Source: a virus
Lineage: Duplodnaviria > Heunggongvirae > Uroviricota > Caudoviricetes
Virus record (IMG/VR): IMGVR_UViG_3300029610_000240
DNA length: 52,002 nucleotides
Reading direction: 5' to 3' (one strand)
Made by a program: the position numbers and the translations under genes. This document shows positions 1 through 8,400 of this stretch, one piece after another (the stretch's first letter is position 1; each line of letters starts with the position of its first letter). The notes beneath the pieces are model-generated. The model had not been told where the DNA came from and ran no database searches. It saw nothing but the letters and a program-made list of their open reading frames with translations.

Positions 1-45
1 ATAATGTGTCCGTCAGGACGCATTCACCCACGCCCATATTAAAAT

Positions 46-747
46 ATGGACGTGGTACTCTGCTTAGATTTTATAGAAGTATATGTAGAAAATTTAAAAA
101 AATACAATCAAGGGATTCTCAATGGTCGATGGATTACCTTGGGTATTGCCGAGGAATCCCTGCAGAAGATATTAAAAGAGCATTTAGGAATTGCAGATTA
201 TAATTCAGCTATTGCAATTTTTGATTACCATGCAGACTTTGAAATTGACGAACATGAAAACATATATCATCTAAATCAGACTGCAAAATTGTTAAATTGT
301 TTATTAGATGAAGATTGTAAAAAGGTCTTAGATTATTGCAAAGTACGAGAAATTACAGCAGCATTAGAAATATCTAATGTCTGCCTACAACTCGAAGATA
401 TTATTTATGGATATTTTTCAAATTGGGTAGATCAAAATATCAAAGATCCTGATGAAAAATTAGGACATGCTTTATTTGACAATAGTAAACTAGGTGTTTA
501 TATGAGACAGAACAAAATGGAATCATATTTTGACTACAAAGCATATGGCAGAGATGCTTCAATCAGTTCTTATGATATTGGAGATTATGGATATGTTTAC
601 AAAAAAGATTCTATTAATACAAAAAAATATACGTATGAAGAGATTGATGAAATAATGAAGAACGGTTCTGGTAAATACATGGGAAAATGTGAATGTACTG
701 TTAAATTTCTAAAAAATTTTTTTTACTTTCACAAAATGAGTATGTGA
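46..747 (+). CDS. ardA: Antirestriction protein ArdA
   Basis: N-terminal VYVENLKKYNQG..GRWITL and C-terminal YFDYKAYGRD motifs typical of ArdA; acidic composition. Confidence 0.85.
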   Translation: MDVVLCLDFIEVYVENLKKYNQGILNGRWITLGIAEESLQKILKEHLGIADYNSAIAIFDYHADFEIDEHENIYHLNQTAKLLNCLLDEDCKKVLDYCKVREITAALEISNVCLQLEDIIYGYFSNWVDQNIKDPDEKLGHALFDNSKLGVYMRQNKMESYFDYKAYGRDASISSYDIGDYGYVYKKDSINTKKYTYEEIDEIMKNGSGKYMGKCECTVKFLKNFFYFHKMSM

Positions 748-977
748 AGATTCAAAAAGTTTGTAAAAGCTTAGATATGCTTGCTGTAGTAGAATTTACT
801 ATGTCTGGTTATGATCATTTATATGCTTTTGTTGTTGATCATATTTCAAGGCTTATTTACATTAATGATTTAACAGTTGGAAAAACATTAAGAGAATTCA
901 AAGCAGGAAATTCAATTGACGACGAAGTATTTAATGATATTTTAGATGAACTAAATAATCCCAAAATTTATATATAG
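744..977 (+). CDS. Hypothetical protein
   Basis: 77-aa ORF whose GTG start overlaps the ardA stop. Confidence 0.45.
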   Translation: MKIQKVCKSLDMLAVVEFTMSGYDHLYAFVVDHISRLIYINDLTVGKTLREFKAGNSIDDEVFNDILDELNNPKIYI

Positions 978-1002
978 AAACACTTAAAATTTGAAATAAT
1001 AA

Positions 1003-1054
1003 AACAAAAAATTGATATAAAAAGTTGATATATTTTTTGTATCAATTTTTTGTT
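1003..1054. promoter_or_regulatory. Inverted repeat, putative operator
   Basis: aacaaaaaattgata (1003-1017) is the reverse complement of tatcaattttttgtt (1040-1054); lies upstream of ORF 1075. Confidence 0.45.
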
Positions 1055-1074
1055 GAAAAAAGGAGAAAAAAGAT

Positions 1075-1953
1075 ATGAATTTTACAGAAGAAATTGAGAA
1101 AATGGTAGAATTATCATCAAAACAGCCAAATGGTGTATATCAAAATACGGATAGAATTTTTACTGGCATTATGGAAAGGTCTAATTTCACAATCAAAGGA
1201 ATGCCTGATAATATTTTAAAATTATACTTAGCTGCAGAGAATAAGGCAGATTTTGAGTCATTATTTTATTCATTAACAGGTGTAAAGTTTGAATACTATT
1301 TACGAAAGAGCGAAGAAGCAATACGGTATAATGCCGCGGAAACAAAATTAAGAATTGTTCAGATTTTTCTTCCAAAATCAAATAAAAATGGAAAAAATTC
1401 ATTGATTATACAAACAAATGCACCAAAAAATAAGATTCGAACTTGTCTTAGAAATTGTTATTTTCTTTTCTCAATGGATGATAGCGTTAATTGTATCGTT
1501 AATAATCTTCAAGAGATGGGATATATGATCAGAATATTATATTCTCCGAATGGAGATGTAAGAAAAATGAAAAGACTTTCTTGTAAAGAAAAATATAATC
1601 TGGCTGATTATGATATGAAATATGTATTATATCATGAAAAAGTGGTAATAGAATTGTATAATAAGGTATTTTGTCAGAATTTGCAGAATCCTGAATTACT
1701 TGCACCTGCAGTTTTAGAAAATATTGCAAATCAATTAGGAATTTTTGCAATGGCAGATGATCAATTTTGTATCTTATATGATGATGCTATCAGATTTTCT
1801 TTACAGTATCAGGATTTTAGAAAAATTGTAAATCATCATGGTTACATAATACAGGGACAAACGATAGCGTCAGGTGATGAATGTTACCATTTTATATTTA
1901 GAGATAAATTGTGGACATATCATAATCGTAAAATGTTTAGAGGGATGAACTGA
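1075..1953 (+). CDS. Hypothetical protein
   Basis: 292-aa ORF with AGGAG RBS. Confidence 0.75.
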   Translation: MNFTEEIEKMVELSSKQPNGVYQNTDRIFTGIMERSNFTIKGMPDNILKLYLAAENKADFESLFYSLTGVKFEYYLRKSEEAIRYNAAETKLRIVQIFLPKSNKNGKNSLIIQTNAPKNKIRTCLRNCYFLFSMDDSVNCIVNNLQEMGYMIRILYSPNGDVRKMKRLSCKEKYNLADYDMKYVLYHEKVVIELYNKVFCQNLQNPELLAPAVLENIANQLGIFAMADDQFCILYDDAIRFSLQYQDFRKIVNHHGYIIQGQTIASGDECYHFIFRDKLWTYHNRKMFRGMN

Positions 1954-2145
1954 ATAATCCCCAAATTTACGTTTAGACGCATTAGGATGCAAAAAAAAGA
2001 AAGGATGATGATTTATGGAAAAAAACAGAATTGTTGAAATGGTTATTAGAGCATGAAATTTGATATAAATGTAATTTGTGTATAATGTGTTAATTGTAAA
2101 AATCATGCAAATTGTACATTTATTCAAGCACGATATTAAATATGT

Positions 2146-2186
2146 AAAAAGAGCAACCTTTTGTTTTTGAGGTTGCTCTTTTTTTT
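2146..2186. terminator. Bidirectional intrinsic terminator
   Basis: aaaaagagcaacct...aggttgctctttttttt between convergent genes. Confidence 0.8.
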
Positions 2187-2198
2187 GTATAAATTAAA

Positions 2199-2618
2199 TT
2201 ATTTTACAGTAACAGTCCATTTGAAGACATCTCCTTTTACCCAATGTCCGCTTGTTTTACTTACGATACAACTAATCGTAACTTTTCCCTTCTTTTTAGC
2301 GGTAACTTTATGTCCGCCTTCGGAATCTCCTTTTGTTGCTACAGTGGCAATTCTTGAATTACTACTTTTCCAATTTTTTGTTGATGGATGAACACCTCCA
2401 TAACTTGGACCAACCCAAATACTTTTTCCTTTTTTTACAGAACAAGAACTTGTTTTTCTAACAGGTTTACGTACTTTTTTGGCAGTTATATTAATTGTAG
2501 CCTTATTTTTTAATGGACTGGCAGCTTTAACTACATTAGCTCCACTAAGTCCAATACCTGATACTGTTAGCAAGCTTAATGCAGCTGCTGCCATCTGTTT
2601 CTTTACTCCTTTTTTCAT
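2199..2618 (-). CDS. Secreted Ig-like (Big_2-type) domain protein
   Basis: Signal peptide; WKSSNSRIATV..VTAKKKGKVTI motif; AGGAGG RBS before ATG at 2618. Confidence 0.75.
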   Translation of the reverse strand: MKKGVKKQMAAAALSLLTVSGIGLSGANVVKAASPLKNKATINITAKKVRKPVRKTSSCSVKKGKSIWVGPSYGGVHPSTKNWKSSNSRIATVATKGDSEGGHKVTAKKKGKVTISCIVSKTSGHWVKGDVFKWTVTVK

Positions 2619-2807
2619 TATAAATACCTCCTGATTCATTGTTTATATGAAAATAAAAAGCATAAAAAAAACAGACATTTTGTCTGCTTGATCTATGCTT
2701 TCATTTTTCATTATTTAATTAAAAAATCTCAGACTTATCCCGATTGATTGGATTCTAATAAACTGTTATTATTATAACATATAAAATATAATTATAAAAC
2801 AGAAAAA

Positions 2808-2948
2808 GAAAAAACCATCGAATAATTTTCGATGGCATCACGGCTGATGGCGGAACACGCCACTTAAACGTTAATTCAGACCCCGTGATTATACAGCACA
2901 GTCGCCTGTCTGCATATAAATTATAATATAATTTTGATTTATATGCAA
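2808..2948 (-). ncRNA. Putative structured small RNA or leader with its own promoter and terminator
   Basis: Minus-strand TTGCAT-N17-TATAAT (2948-2920); GC-richer stems (atcacgg/ccgtgat); terminator ccatcgaa..ttcgatgg followed by a U-tract. Confidence 0.5.
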
Positions 2949-3041
2949 TATTATGTCTTAGAGTGTCATAAAAATTTTCAAAAATCACATATTTAATATG
3001 AAAAGAAAAATTGTCTTTAAAAAGAAGGAGCGTGAAGAACA

Positions 3042-3449
3042 ATGATAATTTATAAAAATGTAGATTATGGTATTAATGCATATCGAATTAGTCTCTTTAA
3101 ACTTAAGTTTGAATGTGTAGGTGAAATTATATGGAGACCGTTTGATTTAGTACCATCTGAATGCCATTTGGAAATTTTTAGATTTCATGTTGTGGAAGAG
3201 TATCGAGAACAAGGAATTGGGCGAAAACTAATGAATAAGTTTATTAAACAGTTTAGTAAACATAAGAGGTTAAATGAAAATTATTCATATGTTCTGGTTC
3301 AACCTCAAAGTTTTCGAGATGAAGATGAAACAGAAAAAGTGCTTGAAGTGGAAAACTTATATGAAATATATGAGAAATTAGGCTTTTATTTCACAGAAGA
3401 AAATATTGATCGAACAAAACCTCTACATATAATGCAATATGATTTATAG
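3042..3449 (+). CDS. GNAT family N-acetyltransferase
   Basis: V.EEYREQGIGRKLM acetyl-CoA motif and YEKLGF motif; AGGAG RBS. Confidence 0.85.
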   Translation: MIIYKNVDYGINAYRISLFKLKFECVGEIIWRPFDLVPSECHLEIFRFHVVEEYREQGIGRKLMNKFIKQFSKHKRLNENYSYVLVQPQSFRDEDETEKVLEVENLYEIYEKLGFYFTEENIDRTKPLHIMQYDL

Positions 3450-3920
3450 TTACATTCTCTTCTACCTTAGAGGCCAGAGTATTCTTATTGAAAGAGGATA
3501 AAAAAAAGAAAAGAAAGAAATTCTTATACAGAACTAACCTCTTTTCCTTTTTGTAAAACCAAAACTTACACGTATATTATACTGTAAAATAATAATTTTG
3601 TGAATAGTTTGTGGACTGACTTGCAAATATTGGAAAGAGTTGTTATGATAAGAATGTAATATGACTCATATCTTTGAGAAACAATTACCTTTTGTATAGC
3701 GATTCGCTGGAATAAGGGGTGTCAGAAATGGCATCTCTTTTTTTGAAAAAAATTAAATTTATTTTCTGGAAAAATATACGAAAAATGTGGATAAACCACG
3801 TAAACAAGCCATTTGTAAGTGATTTTGTGGATATTTTAATTGATTTGCAATTATTTTAAACCTGTTTTAAACTAATTACTACAAAAGGAAATAGTTTATT
3901 CAAAGAAAAGGAGAAGTATT

Positions 3921-4988
3921 ATGAGACGAAGAAAATTAACAATCGGACTTTTATCTATGATGATGGCCGCAAGTGTAGCTTTCGGTATTCAAGGAAATGA
4001 TGTACATGCAGCAAGTAAAAAACTTTCTGTTAATAGAGTGTACGAAAACGCAACACGAATTAATGGTAAAACTAGAAAGAAAAATATTGTAAGAGTTAAG
4101 ATCGGTAAGAAAACTTACAAAGCAAAAGCTAACAAAAAAGGAAAATTTACAGTTAAAATTCCTCGTGTTGCTGCCGGAAAGAAATACACTTTAAAATCCT
4201 ACAAAGGAAAGAAACTTTACAAAACAAAAAAAGTATATGTGATTGCAAAGAAATTAAAGATCAATAAATATACGCCAAACAGTAAATCTATTTCTGGTTA
4301 CACCAGACCTTCTTATAAGGTTAAAGTAAAAATCGCTAGTAAAACTTATGTGAAAAAAGCAAGTGCAGTTACTGGATATTGGAAAGTAAAACCAGATAAC
4401 AACAAAAAGATTGGGACAACGGTCTCTGTTAAGGTTGTTAACACAAAAGGTAAGACTGTAACAGAAACAAAAAAGCATGTCCATGACTACAAAGCAGTTT
4501 ACAAGACTGTGCATCATAATGAAGTCGGTCATTACGAGACTGTTGAGGTTCCAGCTTGGGATGAAACTGTACAGAGAAGACATCAGGTTTGTTTTGTTTG
4601 TGGAAGAGATAAAACGCAGGATTTTATTGATAGTATTAATAATAAAACTTATCCACAATTGCCAAATGAATATTTTACAATTGATGATATGAAAGAACAA
4701 GGATGGACTGAAGAAGCTGGATGGCCTCATTATAATAGTGATTATGCAATTTATAAAGAAATGGGAGTCAATCCTGAAGATATGAAAGATGTACCTCCAT
4801 TTGGAATGTATCTTGCCTCTGGAGGTTGGGATGGACATTGTGATGGACATAATTATGGTTCTCAGACTGTTGATGTAACAGTACATCATGAAGCAACAAC
4901 GAAACAGGTATGGAAAGTGGATCAAAAATCATATGATGAAAAAGTTTTGGTCGGTTATAAATGTGATTGCGGTAGTGTAAAAGAATAA
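3921..4988 (+). CDS. Secreted basic protein with Ig-like repeats
   Basis: Signal peptide; two Lys-rich Ig-like repeats; C-terminal CxxC/CxC region. Confidence 0.75.
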   Translation: MRRRKLTIGLLSMMMAASVAFGIQGNDVHAASKKLSVNRVYENATRINGKTRKKNIVRVKIGKKTYKAKANKKGKFTVKIPRVAAGKKYTLKSYKGKKLYKTKKVYVIAKKLKINKYTPNSKSISGYTRPSYKVKVKIASKTYVKKASAVTGYWKVKPDNNKKIGTTVSVKVVNTKGKTVTETKKHVHDYKAVYKTVHHNEVGHYETVEVPAWDETVQRRHQVCFVCGRDKTQDFIDSINNKTYPQLPNEYFTIDDMKEQGWTEEAGWPHYNSDYAIYKEMGVNPEDMKDVPPFGMYLASGGWDGHCDGHNYGSQTVDVTVHHEATTKQVWKVDQKSYDEKVLVGYKCDCGSVKE

Positions 4989-5007
4989 ATAATAATTCAA
5001 ATAATGA

Positions 5008-5046
5008 GAAGGCAGCAGCTTGCTTTATGGGCTGTTGCCTTTTTTA
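5008..5046 (+). terminator. Intrinsic terminator
   Basis: aaggcagcagc..gctgttgcctt followed by a T-tract. Confidence 0.75.
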
Positions 5047-5491
5047 GTGAAGTATATTTATAAATGTAATATACAAAACATGCAAAAAATAAAGTAAAAC
5101 ATGGGGATGTTACACGAATATGAAACAAAACAATATAAAATATTGAAAAATATAACATTTTATGTTAGTATATTCCATGAAAGCGAGTGTATGTTCTTGC
5201 TTTATAAAAGATGAAAGCACATTGAAAATTTAATATACATATATACAAATCCATAAAGTTGCTCTTATAAAATTTTATGAGAGGGGGTGATATGCTATGT
5301 ATCGAAATAGGAATCCTTGTAAATAAAAAAAGAAAGCAGATTGCGGCTGCTTTCTTTTAAATAATTATAAGAGCATATTTTGGTGGACAGTTCAAATTGA
5401 CTGTTCGCCAAAATATACAAAAAAAGTATAACATAAATCAAATATTTTGAAAAGTATTTGTAAGAACGATAAAAATAAGGAGAGCAATATT

Positions 5492-8400
5492 ATGGATAAG
5501 TATAAGATCGTGGGAAAACTCCGTCAGTTGTTTTTTGGATCTATGGCTGTCGTTATGTCTGCAGGTGGTGTTGTTGCTACAAACATGGCAAATGCCTTTG
5601 CGGCGGATCAGTCATTGGATAACAATGTCGGGGTGGCCGCTCGAAAATTGCAGTATGATGATACGGAATCATATGTATCTAAAAATGTAAATAAAAAAGT
5701 AGTAACATCCGAAGCGGATAAGTCTACGAAAGAAATCAAAAATGATTTAACTGAAACCGGATATTCTATCCGATTAAAACAGTTGATCGCAGAACAGTCT
5801 AAAATCCCAAAGGATTGTACAATTGATACATTATGGGCAAAATACAAAGATGCATTTATTGCACAGTATTCAACTATTGTAAAATTGTACAATACAAGTG
5901 ATGATGCAGATTATTATGTTGCGAATCTTTCCAGTGCAAAAATCAATGGAATGGGAAGTATTTATGATGCAGCATTTGTAAAAGGGACAAACAATGCAAA
6001 TCCAAATGTAATCAAAGATATTAAATTTGATAAGAAAACAGGATTAGCTTATATTCCTAAAAGTTACTTTGAAAAAAATAAGAATGTATTGATCACCGGA
6101 CAGGTAATGTATGGTGGATCTATCAATAATCAGACAATTGCTATTGATACTACAGTTGATAATGGTGGAGAAGTAACAAAACAGTCTGTTGAAGCAAATG
6201 CATTTGATGTAACTGTGAAAGTTCCAATTACAACAAGCAAGAAAATGGCAGAAAAACTCAAAATGAGTGATTTTAAAGTTTTCTTAAATGGATCTGAAAC
6301 AGAAATGAATCTGGATAAAGATGATACTGCTACATTTAATAAGAGTACCGGTGTGTTAGAACTTGCTGTATCTCCTGCAACTTTAACTTCTGTCAGAGTA
6401 GAAGTGAAAAAAGTAGGAGCTGTCAAATCTGTTGCACGTTTCTTTACAACAGATGTCAGTGCATCCGTGAAGAATCCGGATAAACTAAAGTTTGTTACAG
6501 ACAAGAAAACAGGAAATCCGATCATCTTAGACCGTGTGGATCCAGCAAAGCTTCAGGACGGACAGGTGTTCGATTATAAATCTTCCATCCGTTACTTCTC
6601 AAAACTGAGTGATATGGAAGTTAATTATAATATGAAAGCAACTGCAGAAGCTCTCAGACATTCCATTAAATATCTGTATCTTCCAACCGGAAGCCAGAAC
6701 AGTGGATGGTTCGATGTTTACGACAAAGGATCTGATTTTGGTGATCAGGATGGTGTTAATCAGAAAACAAACTTTGAAGATGTGACTTTTGGTATCGGTT
6801 TACCAAGCTCATCCTCTAAATACAAAGCAACTGCTTTAAATAAGAATAAAGCAAAGCTTGATTTTCATATGAAGGGTTCTTTCGTAACGAAATACACAGG
6901 AGATGATGCAACTTACTCTAGCAAGCATATGTTTGCCGGCGAGTGTGCCCACATCACAAATCCAATGGGTAAAGCGAAAGATGGCAAAGATGCTAAGATC
7001 CGTTTATCTGTACTTCATGTAGACCTGAAAGACCAGTATGTTATCATCGGACTGAACACACAGGAGATCAATACACAGAGTGGTTTTGGTATCTACAAGT
7101 TGAAGTTTGAGTACAACAAATCCGGTAATGTGCAGGTCAAGAAAACATCAGCGAATCCTTCCATGACAAACGGAAGCGGATGTTATAGTTTTAAAGGAGC
7201 TACATTCGGAGTTTATAAAGACAAAGCTTGTACTGATAAAGTAACAACATTAACTGCCGATGAAAATGGTAATACTGACACAGACGAAATTGATGTGGGA
7301 GATTACTTTGTTAAAGAAATTAATCCACCTACAGGGTATGCGAAAAATGATCAGGCTTATCCCGTAAAAGTTACGGAAAAGAACGATGATGATAACCCTG
7401 CAGTTGTAACCATTGCCGATCAACCAAAGGACGACCCTGTTAACTTTGAAGTCAAGAAAGTAGACAAAGAAACAGGAGAAACCGTACAGGGAGATGCAAA
7501 TCTTTCAGGTGCAGAGTTTACTGTAAAATTCTATAATAACTTTTACAATAGTGCATCTGATTTACCTTCAAAAGCCACTAAAACATGGGTTCTTAAAACA
7601 CAGAAAAACATGAAAGGAAATTATGTATTATCATTTGATGATAAATATAAAATTTCTGGTGATGATTTCTATAGAGATTCAGATGGAACACCAGTAGTTC
7701 CATGGGGAACATTGACGATCGAGGAAACTAAAGCTCCAGACGGATATAAAATCAAAGACAGTACCGTTTCTGTTAACGGGCAGGTCTTAAGTAATCGTAT
7801 TTATTTCACAAGAGTCAGTGATAAAGATGGTGAACAGCCATCCAAAGTAGTTACAGACTTTACAGTTTCTGATCCAGCGAAGAAATATGGAATCCAGGTA
7901 TGGAAAGTTGATAAAGAACTTGATAAGAGTGAAACCATCGGTGGAAAGGATCATAAGATCTCTGAAACCGGAACAACACTTGAAGGTGTTCAGTTCTCTA
8001 TTATCAACCGAAGTGCAACAGCCATTAAATATGGTGATAAGACAGTGAATCCGGGAGAAGAAGTGACAAAGATCACAACTTCATGGAATTCTAATCTGAA
8101 AAAATATACAGCTCAGACTGATGAGAGAACATTACCTTATGGTACATATGGTGTTCAGGAAATTTCAAGCAGTCAGGGTTACAAAATGACAGATGGAACT
8201 GAAAAAACAGTTGTATGCCATGGTGCAGACGGAACAATGTATACGCCAGATTTGGATGCAAACTTAAAATTCCCGAACCAGGTAGTTCGAGGTGATTACT
8301 CTGTCAGAAAAAAATCTGATGAAGGAAAGAGTATCAGTGCAGCGTTCAAGGTAACAAATGAAGCGACTGGAGAAACCCACGTAATCGTAACAGATAAGAA

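Noticed and set aside
2830..2912. ZTP or c-di-GMP-I riboswitch assignment
   Set aside because: Only fragments of the consensus motifs are present; key conserved elements are missing
4254..4925. 223-aa antisense ORF and other short opposite-strand ORFs
   Set aside because: Shadow frames of well-supported genes, without RBS or recognisable motifs
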